Shown here piece after piece: positions 1 through 8,660 of a stretch of DNA of 64,000 nucleotides. The notes below the pieces were generated by a model. That model made no database searches. It was given only the letters and a program-made list of their open reading frames with translations, and was not told the DNA's origin. This DNA comes from a virus: IMG/VR virus record IMGVR_UViG_3300036857_000619, positions 32,001-96,000 of that record; one strand, written 5' to 3'. Made by a program: the position numbers and the translations under genes. The stretch's first letter is position 1. Each line of letters starts with the position of its first letter.

Positions 1-9
1 AGCCGAGGC

Positions 10-543
10 GTGACTCTCCCGCGCTGGACGCCGTTCGTGCGCGGCACCCGGCCGCGCCAGACGCTCGTCGAGAGGATCGAGTTCATCGAGAAGGTCGCGC
101 GCGACTTCGGCGTGAGCGTCGAGCAGGCGCGCACCATGATGGACGACATTGACGCCAACGAGGACGTGTGGGTCAACAGCCGCTATCAGGTCAACGTCCG
201 CCGTACCCCACCGCCCAACGAGACGACCGGCCCTGGCTGGCCGGACATGATCCACCTGTCGATCAAGCGTCATGACCGGGCGCCCATCGGACCCGAGCGG
301 TACAGGGACTTCATGCTCATTCGCGACGAGCTGGTCGGCCCGAAGCACGAAGCCGTCGAGCTCTATCCGCGCCGATCGCGCGAGGTCGACTCCAGCAACC
401 AGTACCACCTGTGGGTACTAGCGGACGACAGCATCAATTTCCCGTTCGGCTTCCGCGACGGCCGCCACGTGCGCGACCTGCCGAACGGCGTGGGCAGCGC
501 TGGCGCACGCCAGAACCCGTTCGAGGAGCACCACCCCCGATGA
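10..543 (+). CDS. Conserved phage hypothetical protein
   Basis: HLSIKR...EAVELYP...VDSSNQYHLW motif, recognised as recurring in phage accessory proteins; GTG start; stop overlaps next ATG (ATGA). Confidence 0.7.
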   Translation: MTLPRWTPFVRGTRPRQTLVERIEFIEKVARDFGVSVEQARTMMDDIDANEDVWVNSRYQVNVRRTPPPNETTGPGWPDMIHLSIKRHDRAPIGPERYRDFMLIRDELVGPKHEAVELYPRRSREVDSSNQYHLWVLADDSINFPFGFRDGRHVRDLPNGVGSAGARQNPFEEHHPR

Positions 544-746
544 CCAGCACCAATCTGCACCGCTACGTGGTGCAGGAACGCCACCCGCGTACCGAGCCGC
601 GCTCGTGTTATCGCGACAACTGCGAGAGCGCCGCGACCTACGACGTCGCGCTCGATCTGATCACCCTCTCGGGCGGCACCAGCGCCGGCCCCAGGACGCC
701 GCTGTGCTTTCCGCACGCGGTCGAATGGCTCAGCTTTTCCTTGTAG
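540..746 (+). CDS. Small Cys/His protein, possibly Zn-binding
   Basis: ATGA overlap with upstream stop; C-x4-C and C-x2-H; stop TAG is part of the TAGGAG SD of ruvB. Confidence 0.6.
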   Translation: MTSTNLHRYVVQERHPRTEPRSCYRDNCESAATYDVALDLITLSGGTSAGPRTPLCFPHAVEWLSFSL

Positions 747-761
747 GAGTTTCATCCACCT

Positions 762-1784
762 ATGACCGACAGCAGCCCCACGTCCGCCAACCGCGTGGTG
801 GCCAGCGACGAACAGGGCGACGACGCCGACGCGATCTCCAGCGCGCTGCGTCCTCGCGACCTCGAAGAGTTTGTCGGGCAGCCCGAGCTTCGCGAGCAGC
901 TCGGCATCGCCCTGGAAGCTGCCCGCCGCCGTGACGAGCCGCTCGAGCACGTGCTGCTCAAGGGCCCGCCTGGGCTCGGCAAGACCACGCTCAGCAACAT
1001 CATCGCCAAGAGCATGCGCGGCAACCTGGTGACCACCTCGGGCCCGGCGCTCGAGCGTACCGCCGACCTGATGGGCATGCTCACCGGCCTGCAGCGCGGC
1101 GACGTGCTGTTCATCGACGAGATCCACCGCCTGCCGCGGCCGGTCGAGGAGTACCTGTACCCGGCCATGGAGGACGGCCGGGTCGACTTCGTGCTCGACA
1201 AGGGCCCGTTCGCACGTTCGGTGCAGATCAACCTGGAGCAGTTCACGCTGGTCGGCGCCACCACGCGCGCGGGCATGCTCTCCTCGCCGCTGCGCGACCG
1301 CTTCGGGCTGCTGTTTGACCTGGAGTTCTATTCCAGCGCTGACCTGATGCTGATCGTGCGCCGCTCGGCCGGGCTGCTCGGCGTGCGCATCGAACCCGAG
1401 GCGGCGGCCGAGATCGGCAACCGCTCGCGGGGCACGCCGCGGATCGCCAACCGGCTGCTGCGCCGCGTGCGCGACTACGCCGTGGTCAAGGATCGGGTCA
1501 CGGTCGATCGCGCCACGGTTAACGACGCGCTGGCCGTCGCGGGCGTGGACGCCAGGGGCCTTGACCGGCTGGACCGCCGCTATCTGGAGACACTGTGCGA
1601 CGCGTACCAGGGCGGACCGGCTGGCGTGCAGGCGATCGCCTCGAGCATGCAGCAGGAGGTCGAGACGCTCGAAGAGATGGTCGAGCCGTTCCTGCTGTAC
1701 GCCGGCTTCCTGCTGCGGACGCCCCAGGGGCGTCGGGCCAGCCCGAAAGCCTTCGCTCATCTCCAGCGCGCTGTCGCTGCGTAA
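762..1784 (+). CDS. ruvB: Holliday junction branch migration ATPase RuvB
   Basis: LRP..L.EFVGQ, Walker A GPPGLGKT, Walker B DEIH, GATTR, LRDRFG, SRGTPRIANRLLRRVRD and C-terminal EPFLLYAGFLLRTPQGR; full length 340 aa. Confidence 0.97.
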   Translation: MTDSSPTSANRVVASDEQGDDADAISSALRPRDLEEFVGQPELREQLGIALEAARRRDEPLEHVLLKGPPGLGKTTLSNIIAKSMRGNLVTTSGPALERTADLMGMLTGLQRGDVLFIDEIHRLPRPVEEYLYPAMEDGRVDFVLDKGPFARSVQINLEQFTLVGATTRAGMLSSPLRDRFGLLFDLEFYSSADLMLIVRRSAGLLGVRIEPEAAAEIGNRSRGTPRIANRLLRRVRDYAVVKDRVTVDRATVNDALAVAGVDARGLDRLDRRYLETLCDAYQGGPAGVQAIASSMQQEVETLEEMVEPFLLYAGFLLRTPQGRRASPKAFAHLQRAVAA

Positions 1785-1810
1785 GCCCCATCACACCCGA
1801 GGAGAACCGC

Positions 1811-2077
1811 ATGACCGCCTACCCGTATGGCTTCCGCGAGCAGCCCATGTGCAACTGTGGGCAGCTGTTCAACACCACCCAGGCCCTCAACAGCCACATC
1901 ACCGAGCTGATCGACGACGTGCAGCAGTGGCCGAATGGCAACCGTGGCCACGGCAATTTCACCCAGAAGATCGCCATCACCGAGCGCGAGCACGAGCAGG
2001 AGCAGCTCGAGCTCGAGCGGCTGCAGGACCAGCGCCTGCGCAGCACGCCCGGTGTGCGCGGGAGGAAGCCGTCATGA
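1811..2077 (+). CDS. Hypothetical protein (CxC...H, C2H2-like)
   Basis: GGAG SD at 1801-1804; ATGA overlap with next gene. Confidence 0.6.
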   Translation: MTAYPYGFREQPMCNCGQLFNTTQALNSHITELIDDVQQWPNGNRGHGNFTQKIAITEREHEQEQLELERLQDQRLRSTPGVRGRKPS

Positions 2078-2244
2078 CCGAGGTCGCCACCGCGCTGCGC
2101 GACATCGAGCAGGCCCTCATCCTCCTCGCCCACCACGTGAGCCGTGTCGCCATCCTCGACTACGACGCCCGCGACGAGCTCGACCGAGCGCTGAACGACG
2201 TGTCCAGCAGCGTGCGCGCCGTGCGCGAGGAGGTGCGGCCATGA
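2074..2244 (+). CDS. Small helical hypothetical protein
   Basis: ATGA overlaps at both ends; GGAGG SD. Confidence 0.6.
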   Translation: MTEVATALRDIEQALILLAHHVSRVAILDYDARDELDRALNDVSSSVRAVREEVRP

Positions 2245-2525
2245 GCCCACGCCGATCGTCCAACACACCGCACAAGAACTGGGTCCCTGCCGACCAGGAA
2301 GACCCGGTCGTTAAGGTCGAAGAGAACGAGACGATCTACTACCCGGAGTCGCAGCACAGCGGGCGCTCGTTCGCCCGACCGAAGTGCGACCTGAACGAGG
2401 GTCGCTGGTACTGCGCCACGCATCGCGAGCGCTTCGACAACCAGATGCAGAAAGACATCCACATCGAGCAGCACAAGCACCGCCTGGCGTGGCTGTGTTT
2501 CGAGCACGGCTTCGAGGTGCCCTGA
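2241..2525 (+). CDS. Hypothetical protein (Cys/His-rich C-terminus)
   Basis: ATGA overlap, GGAGG SD; WYCATH...WLCFEH. Confidence 0.6.
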   Translation: MSPRRSSNTPHKNWVPADQEDPVVKVEENETIYYPESQHSGRSFARPKCDLNEGRWYCATHRERFDNQMQKDIHIEQHKHRLAWLCFEHGFEVP

Positions 2526-2529
2526 GACG

Positions 2530-2739
2530 ATGACCGGCCGCGATCAGAGCGAGCTTCTGCGTCGACGTGAGCTCGACAACGACGCCATGACCCTGCTCGG
2601 CCGCGTCTGGTACGCGCTGCACGCCGCGGGCCGCTCTGATAAGGAGATCGGCGACTGGCTCGCGCTCAAGGGCCGCAACATCGCCGACGGGCGTATCCCG
2701 CTGCTGTGGATCGCCGAAAACGAGCCCGAAGGTCAGTGA
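2530..2739 (+). CDS. Hypothetical protein
   Basis: ORF fills the gap in a co-directional gene run. Confidence 0.55.
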   Translation: MTGRDQSELLRRRELDNDAMTLLGRVWYALHAAGRSDKEIGDWLALKGRNIADGRIPLLWIAENEPEGQ

Positions 2740-2745
2740 CGCGTC

Positions 2746-3102
2746 ATGACCAACGTCGTCGCCTTTCCTGGCGCCGAATCCCCCGTCCAGTTTCCGAGCC
2801 GCTCGCCGACGGCGGGCTGCCAGTGGCTGAGCGCCACCGATCCGCCGCGGCGCTGTCCGCGGCGGGCGTTCTACGCGCTCGAGGTGCGCGAGCTGCCGAA
2901 TCAGCCCGAGGTGCTGTGCGCGCTGCACCTGGACCTGGCGCTGCAGCAGGCGGTCGTCGCGCCGGGCGAGATGCAGATCAGCCCGCTGGTGATCGACCGC
3001 TCGAGCTGGCTGGTCGGCCGCTGGGCCTGGCGGCTGAAAGAGAAACGGCGGCTGCTGGAGATGCTCGCGGCCGTCGGCATTGAGGAGCAAAGGAGTGCCT
3101 GA
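2746..3102 (+). CDS. Hypothetical protein (Cys/His motif)
   Basis: Co-directional ORF abutting the next GTG. Confidence 0.55.
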   Translation: MTNVVAFPGAESPVQFPSRSPTAGCQWLSATDPPRRCPRRAFYALEVRELPNQPEVLCALHLDLALQQAVVAPGEMQISPLVIDRSSWLVGRWAWRLKEKRRLLEMLAAVGIEEQRSA

Positions 3103-3642
3103 GTGAGCCCTTCCCGACGCGAGTTCCTACTGAGTGTCGGCGCGGCTGGCGCCATCTACGTCGTCCTGCCGTCGGGTGTCGCGACCGCGGCGGCGACGGC
3201 AGCAACGTCCGTCCCGCCGCCACTGCTCGATCGTCACGGGCTGCCGCCCTGCACGCGACTGGAGCAGCTGCGCTGCGCCGAGTGCGGCCAGCTGATCGGC
3301 GAGGCGCTGATCGACTTCGCGTACAGCTCGGGCGCGTCGTTGGTCGTATGCCGCGACTGCTATCGCAGCATGGAGAAGGACCTCGAGGAGGCCGAGGCCG
3401 ACCAGCACCTCGCCAACGACGACCTCGAGCGCGAGGATCTGCAGGACGAGCTGGACGAGCTGCAGGAAAAGCACGAGAGGCTCAGAGCAAAGCACACGTC
3501 GCTGCAGGGCGCCTATGACCGGCTGCGCTGGCAGCTGCGCGATGTCGAGCTGGACCTGCGCAACCGCGAGCCGGGCCTTGCGCGCGCTGTCGAGCGGCTG
3601 CGCGAAGGGCTCGAGGATGTCGCGCTGCCACTGGAAGCATAG
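3103..3642 (+). CDS. Protein with twin-arginine-like N-terminus, CxxC zinc finger and coiled coil
   Basis: AGGAG SD 3091-3095; SRREFL followed by a hydrophobic stretch and ATA/AAA; CAEC...CRDC; heptad-rich C-terminus. Confidence 0.6.
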   Translation: MSPSRREFLLSVGAAGAIYVVLPSGVATAAATAATSVPPPLLDRHGLPPCTRLEQLRCAECGQLIGEALIDFAYSSGASLVVCRDCYRSMEKDLEEAEADQHLANDDLEREDLQDELDELQEKHERLRAKHTSLQGAYDRLRWQLRDVELDLRNREPGLARAVERLREGLEDVALPLEA

Positions 3643-3905
3643 GTCATTCGGGCTAGCCCACTTGACCGGTATCGAGCGACCCTTGCCGGATGCGTTAGCC
3701 TTCGACGTTATGCAGTCGCCTCGGCGTGTCCGACGGGTGTGGACGGCCAACCCCGCACCTCTCGGCGCATCCACGCCGCGCTGCATCCCACCGCCGAGCA
3801 ACCGTAATCGACGTGGGCGCGCGCGCTGCGCTGGCGGGGGAGCTGTGGGCCGCCGCGCTAACTGTCCGATCGGGTTGGCCGACCTTTGGCCCCGGAGGTC
3901 GCCCT

Positions 3906-4568
3906 ATGCAGTGCCTCGGCACGCACCTGGAGGCGGAGCTCGAACGCACCGACCCACGCGAACTCACCGATCTTCCTGACGACAGCGAACTCGAAGAAGA
4001 CGGCTACCCGAGCCTCTACGTCGGGCCGGCGCTGCGCATGTTGCGCATGCGGGCGGGGGTGCGCCAGAGCGAGATCGCGCGGCATCTCGGCGTCGACTCG
4101 TCGATCCCCTCGCGCTGGGAGGGCTTCGATTCGACGCACAACGGCCAGACGACGCGCTACAAACCGGTGCCTGGCAAATACTTCGAGCCGCTGGCCAGCC
4201 TGCTGCGCTGCTCAGTCGGCGACCTCGCGCCCGAGCTGCTCGAGCAGAGCAACGGGACGACGACGAGCTGCGCGTTCATGGCGACGACCACGGCGAATGG
4301 GCTGGCACACGGCCAAACCATTGCGACGATTTCGGGCTACATGGTCGGCGGGGCGATGACAACGACCCCGAGCCCGGTGCCTGGCATGCCACCCGAGGAC
4401 CTTCGGGCGCTCGGCATGTGGCGGCGTTGGTGCCCGAAGTGCAAGAAGGTGTTTCTCGAAAGCGCCGACGTCAGGGCGCCGTACGTGTGCGACGTGTGCG
4501 AGGCGCCCGTTCGAGCGCACGTCACCGTGACGTCTCCGACGTCTCCGACGTCACCCGAAAGCTCATAG
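3906..4568 (+). CDS. XRE-family HTH regulator with C-terminal zinc ribbon
   Basis: GGAGG 3894-3898; LRMLRMRAGVRQSEIARHLGVDSSIPSRWE HTH; CPKC...CDVC. Confidence 0.75.
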   Translation: MQCLGTHLEAELERTDPRELTDLPDDSELEEDGYPSLYVGPALRMLRMRAGVRQSEIARHLGVDSSIPSRWEGFDSTHNGQTTRYKPVPGKYFEPLASLLRCSVGDLAPELLEQSNGTTTSCAFMATTTANGLAHGQTIATISGYMVGGAMTTTPSPVPGMPPEDLRALGMWRRWCPKCKKVFLESADVRAPYVCDVCEAPVRAHVTVTSPTSPTSPESS

Positions 4569-4701
4569 CACCGTACGCGGGCGCATGGCCTGCAGAGTTC
4601 ATAACGTCGCGCGCGGCTACATGACGTCGGACGAACGTCTGCCGCGTGTGATTCCCGGTCTCTGAGTGAGATCGTGCTGCCTCAAAGATTGCTTGTGAAT
4701 A

Positions 4702-4710
4702 TGCTATAGT
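4702..4710 (+). promoter_or_regulatory. Extended -10 promoter (TGcTATAGT), probably leaderless
   Basis: TG-n-TATAGT ending 8 nt before ATG 4719 in an AT-rich patch; no SD before that ATG. Confidence 0.5.
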
Positions 4711-4718
4711 TTCTTTCG

Positions 4719-5096
4719 ATGGCCAACCATACCCCACCCCATCCCGATGTCATCTTGCCGCCCCGTGGCGTGTGTGATTTCTGTTCCGACGGGTCTCCCG
4801 CGTGGGCGTACCCCGCGACGTCGTTCACCCTGCCCGGTCCCGACGGGCGCCTGTACACGTCCGCGGGCGCGTGGGCCGCGTGCGACGCGTGCTCCGCGCT
4901 CATCGAGCGCGACGATCGCCGCGCCCTGTTCGATCGCTATCTCGCCGATAAGCCCGCCCACGTCCGCCCGTTCCTGCGGCCATGGGGCACGGCGCTCCAC
5001 GAGCGTTTCTTCGCTCATCGCACCGGCCCGTGCGTGCCGACTACGCCGCAGTACGGCTTCACTCCACAACCCCAGGAAGGGCGAGCATCTCATTGA
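4719..5096 (+). CDS. Zn-binding hypothetical protein (CDFC...GAWAACDAC)
   Basis: Two CxxC pairs; paralog of 9599-10030. Confidence 0.7.
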   Translation: MANHTPPHPDVILPPRGVCDFCSDGSPAWAYPATSFTLPGPDGRLYTSAGAWAACDACSALIERDDRRALFDRYLADKPAHVRPFLRPWGTALHERFFAHRTGPCVPTTPQYGFTPQPQEGRASH

Positions 5097-5130
5097 CCGC
5101 GAATAGTTGCAGAGGCGATAGAATTTCGCC

Positions 5131-5790
5131 GTGAACTGGACCCAGGACCGGCTCCAGCAGCTGGCCAATTGCTGCTGGGGCGAGGTCACGCGCTTCCTCA
5201 AGCCGGACTCGTGCGTGCTGGCCACGCGCGTGTTCGTGGACGCGCTCAACGCGCTCGGCGAACAGGGCGCCGACGGCATGGTCGCCCTGGCCATCGTCAT
5301 GAGCCCGAACGCCGCCGAGCACAGCCTCGAGCATGGCTGTAACCAGCGCATCACGGAATGCCCCGAGCGAGGCGATCGCGCCGTCGCCATCCTGGGCTGG
5401 GAGCCCAACGCGCCAGCGCGTGGCTTCACCGAAGTCTGGTCCGGGCACCTCGTGGCCGTCGTCCGCCGCCAGTGGCTGGTCGATCTGAGCCTACCCCAGG
5501 TGCATCGCCCCGAGCTCGGGCTGGTCATCGACAGCCCGCTGGTGGTCGAGCTGCCACGCGACTTCTTCAAGGGCGGCAAGAGCGCCGATCTGCACGAGGA
5601 CAGCGGTATGCGGCTGCTCTACACCGCCATGCCCAACGCCAGGGCCGACTGGCGGCAGAGTCCCGATTGGGCGTGGGGCTCGCAGGTCCGCCGCGAGCTC
5701 GGGCTCGGCACGCTGGCGCGCTTCCGGGGCCAGGACTATCACTACCCGGACTCGCTGCTGCGCATCTTCGCGTTCACGGGGAAGATCTGA
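5131..5790 (+). CDS. Hypothetical protein with candidate Cys-His-Asp triad (papain/transglutaminase-like)
   Basis: DSCVLATR...GHLVAVV...WLVDLS spacing; GTG start; TGATG overlap. Confidence 0.5.
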   Translation: MNWTQDRLQQLANCCWGEVTRFLKPDSCVLATRVFVDALNALGEQGADGMVALAIVMSPNAAEHSLEHGCNQRITECPERGDRAVAILGWEPNAPARGFTEVWSGHLVAVVRRQWLVDLSLPQVHRPELGLVIDSPLVVELPRDFFKGGKSADLHEDSGMRLLYTAMPNARADWRQSPDWAWGSQVRRELGLGTLARFRGQDYHYPDSLLRIFAFTGKI

Positions 5791-6419
5791 TGGCCGAGGA
5801 CGTCGAACTCTTTCGCGTCCAGGCGATGCGCTTCAACGGCCCATCCGCCACCAAGGGCGGCTGGTCCGACAAGGTATGGGCCGGCGTCATGCTCAAGCGG
5901 GTCGGTCCGGCCACCAGCACGTTGCCACGTGGCGAAGCGTGGCGCTTCGTCCCCGTGTGGGGACCGACCGGCGGCACGCTGCAGCACAAGCCCCAGCCGT
6001 GGACAAGCGCGACCGAGGCGACCAGGCGCTACGAGGACGAGCTGCGCAAAAAACAGCTCGAGGGCTACCAGCCGATCGAATGGCGCAACACCGTCAACAT
6101 GCAGCCGTTCATCGACGACTTGCCGAGGCGCATGGCCGACCCCGTCACGAGCGGCGACACCGCGCGCAAGGCGTGGCAGACCCGCAAGAACAATGAGCCG
6201 CTGCGCACCGCCGAAGGCGAGCGGGCCGCACGCGTGCTTGGCGACGGGCCGCTGGCCAGGGACATCGACGCCGCCGCGGCCCGCGACTCGGCCGCCTTCA
6301 AAGCCGCCAACGATGCCCTGCGCGACATCCAGTTGGACGTGCCGCCCCGGCCGAAACCAGCCGAAGAGCCGCCGGCCAGGGGCATGCGCAGCGTGCGGCG
6401 CGACATGAAACTCGAATGA
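5790..6419 (+). CDS. WGR-like domain protein
   Basis: SDKVW...VPVWGPTG.TLQ...A.RRYEDELRKKQLEGY matches the WGR pattern (KFW...WGR.G...K.KKGY). Confidence 0.6.
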   Translation: MAEDVELFRVQAMRFNGPSATKGGWSDKVWAGVMLKRVGPATSTLPRGEAWRFVPVWGPTGGTLQHKPQPWTSATEATRRYEDELRKKQLEGYQPIEWRNTVNMQPFIDDLPRRMADPVTSGDTARKAWQTRKNNEPLRTAEGERAARVLGDGPLARDIDAAAARDSAAFKAANDALRDIQLDVPPRPKPAEEPPARGMRSVRRDMKLE

Positions 6420-6589
6420 GCCGCGACCACATCCTGGTGCACGATCGCGACATGAGCGTGCACTGCACGATCTGCGGCGACCGCATGCGCCTGGACTTGC
6501 CGGTCCATATCGACGTGTGGCTCGCCGCCGCGCAGAAGTTCACCGAGCTGCACGCCGGCTGCGCACCCAGGACGGAGGCGACGTCATGA
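6416..6589 (+). CDS. Small CxxC/His protein, 57 aa (not in ORF track)
   Basis: ATGA overlaps both ends; HCTICG...H.GC. Confidence 0.6.
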   Translation: MSRDHILVHDRDMSVHCTICGDRMRLDLPVHIDVWLAAAQKFTELHAGCAPRTEATS

Positions 6590-7212
6590 CGCGTCAGCCG
6601 CTGCGTGGCGTGTATGCCATCGTGCACACCGCCAGTCGCCAGGCGTACGTCGGCTGCACTGACGACATCGAGTCGCGCTGGCGCTGGCACCTGCTGCACC
6701 TGGCCGCCGGCAAACACCACAGCCCGGCGCTGCTGGCAGCCTGGACCGAGCACGGCCGCGACGCTTTCGACTTCCGCATCCTCGAGCTCGTGCTCCCCGC
6801 GCGCCCGCTGCGACCGCGCGAGGAGTTCTGGATGAAGGCGTTCGGCGGGCGGCTCTACAACGCCATGCCCGACAACCGTCACGGCCCCGAGAGCCGCGCC
6901 GCCATGAGCCGCGCCCAGCTGCTCGCCTGGGAGCGGCGCTACCTCGAGGGCCGCGACACGCTGAGTCTCGAGACGCGCCGCGAGATCGCGCGCACCACTG
7001 CGCGCTGGGCGCGCCAGCTCGTCGTTCGCGCGCAGAAGCACCTGTCCGCCATCCGCCAGGACGCCGCGGCCAACTTCCGCTCGCCCGAGGCGATCGCCAA
7101 GAACGCCGCCGCCCTGCGCGGCGTACCCAAAAGCCCGTCACATCGCGCCGCGATGCAAGCCCGACATACCAGCGGGACGTGTAAATGTCACCCGCGAAAG
7201 GACCCATCGTGA
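6586..7212 (+). CDS. GIY-YIG endonuclease with NUMOD3-like tail
   Basis: GVYAI...AYVG...RW..H...L..GKH...L..AW...G...F.F.ILE; RSPEAIAK...KSPSHRAAM. Confidence 0.9.
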   Translation: MTRQPLRGVYAIVHTASRQAYVGCTDDIESRWRWHLLHLAAGKHHSPALLAAWTEHGRDAFDFRILELVLPARPLRPREEFWMKAFGGRLYNAMPDNRHGPESRAAMSRAQLLAWERRYLEGRDTLSLETRREIARTTARWARQLVVRAQKHLSAIRQDAAANFRSPEAIAKNAAALRGVPKSPSHRAAMQARHTSGTCKCHPRKDPS

Positions 7213-7427
7213 GTACCGACGACTCGCGTATCGAGCAACGATTGGGCCGCATCGAGCAACGTCTCGACAGCGTTGACCGTGTGCTGGACCGCCATCTGGA
7301 ACTGCTCACCGAGATCTCGACGCGCATGGCGACCAGCTTCGCCCGCATCGAGGGGCGGCTGGAGCAGATCGACCAGCGCCTGGGCCGCATCGAACTCCAC
7401 TTTCAGGCCCCGGAGCAAGCAGCGTGA
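7209..7427 (+). CDS. Short coiled-coil protein
   Basis: GTGA overlap; repeated RIEQRL heptads. Confidence 0.65.
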   Translation: MSTDDSRIEQRLGRIEQRLDSVDRVLDRHLELLTEISTRMATSFARIEGRLEQIDQRLGRIELHFQAPEQAA

Positions 7428-7603
7428 CCGAGATCGAAACAACGCCTTGCGGCAATCCGAACTGTCCCTGGTACGGCGCAGACGGGACGCACTATGCGCT
7501 GGATGCGCCGTGGTGTGGCCGCTGCGCACGGCTGGGCGAGACGCTGCTGGCCATCATGCGCCACGCCTTTGCATCCGCGTGGAGTCAGGCCGATCGGTCG
7601 TGA
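7424..7603 (+). CDS. Small Cys-rich protein, 59 aa (not in ORF track)
   Basis: GTGA overlaps both ends; CGNPNC...CGRC. Confidence 0.55.
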   Translation: MTEIETTPCGNPNCPWYGADGTHYALDAPWCGRCARLGETLLAIMRHAFASAWSQADRS

Positions 7604-7884
7604 CTGACGCGCCGACCTGTCGCGACTGCGCGATCCCGATCGACCCGACCGGGGCGAGCGTGCCCACGCTGTGCCCGGAGTGCTACGCCAAACACCGCGC
7701 GCGCATCCAGACCGAGCTGCTGGCGCTGATCGAGCGCGGCACGAGCCTCGACCAGCTGCTCGACGAGCTGCGCTGGCAGCTGCTCGAGCTCGGCATGCAC
7801 CGCGAGACCGCCGACCGCTCCGTCGACCGCATGCGCGTTTCGATGCTGCTCAATCTGCCCTGGGAAGCCGTCGCCACGTCTTGA
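7600..7884 (+). CDS. Zinc-ribbon hypothetical protein
   Basis: CRDC...CPEC; GTGA and TTGA overlaps. Confidence 0.6.
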   Translation: MTDAPTCRDCAIPIDPTGASVPTLCPECYAKHRARIQTELLALIERGTSLDQLLDELRWQLLELGMHRETADRSVDRMRVSMLLNLPWEAVATS

Positions 7885-8474
7885 CCACCACCCCGAGCGC
7901 CCCCGACTGGCGCAAGATCGTTCCACCGCCCCGCCTGGCGCGCCGCCCGCGCGATCAGCGTGGATTCGTCATCCCCTTCTCCGTCGATGACGGGACCGAC
8001 CACCCGGACTTCCGCATCACGCAGGCCGACAAGCTGCGCGAGCTGCTCAACAAGCACCTGTGCTGGCTGTGCGGCGAGGCGCTCGACTACTGGATGTGCT
8101 TCATCGGCGGGCCGCTGTCGATCACGAATCGGAGCTTCACCGATGGCCCGATGCACGAGGCGTGCGCGGTCTACGCGCTGCGCGTGTGCCCGTTCCTGGC
8201 CAGCCCGAACGGCCGCTACACCTCGAGCGAAGACAACATCCCCGAGGGCGGCGGCTACAACCAGCTCGTCGCCGACACGCGCCCGGAGCTCTTCGGACTC
8301 GGCTTCACGCACGGCTACAAGACGGGCGTCGCGCCCAACGGCATGCTGTTCATGCGCGCCGAGTCCTGGCGCAAGGTGATCTGGTACAGCCACGCCGGCC
8401 AGGTCGTGCGCCGCCAGATCTTCGACAACGCCACCCGCACCGACCGCAAGAAACCTCGCAATCGCCACGGCTAG
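7881..8474 (+). CDS. Conserved phage Cys/His protein
   Basis: RG.VIPF...DFR...CWLCG...FIGGP...GPMH..CA.YA..VCPFL pattern recognised from other phages; TTG start overlapping upstream stop. Confidence 0.7.
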   Translation: MTTTPSAPDWRKIVPPPRLARRPRDQRGFVIPFSVDDGTDHPDFRITQADKLRELLNKHLCWLCGEALDYWMCFIGGPLSITNRSFTDGPMHEACAVYALRVCPFLASPNGRYTSSEDNIPEGGGYNQLVADTRPELFGLGFTHGYKTGVAPNGMLFMRAESWRKVIWYSHAGQVVRRQIFDNATRTDRKKPRNRHG

Positions 8475-8660
8475 ATAAGCCGTTGATCTGCTAGAATTTC
8501 TTTACGAGATGTCTCCCGCGTGCTCGTCGAACACATCGTCTCCGCCGAGACGATTGACGACGCGCTCGTCGCAGCCCGCTTATCGCAGGGCGTCGTGACC
8601 ACCGCGGCGCGCCTTGACCCCTGAGGACCCGTGCCAAGCTCCTACCGGAGGATTCGCTGT

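Noticed and set aside
8489-8625. TGcTAGAAT extended -10 with a short downstream ORF
   Set aside because: The promoter-like match is plausible, but the following ORFs are 35 aa or less and unsupported; too weak to list as features.
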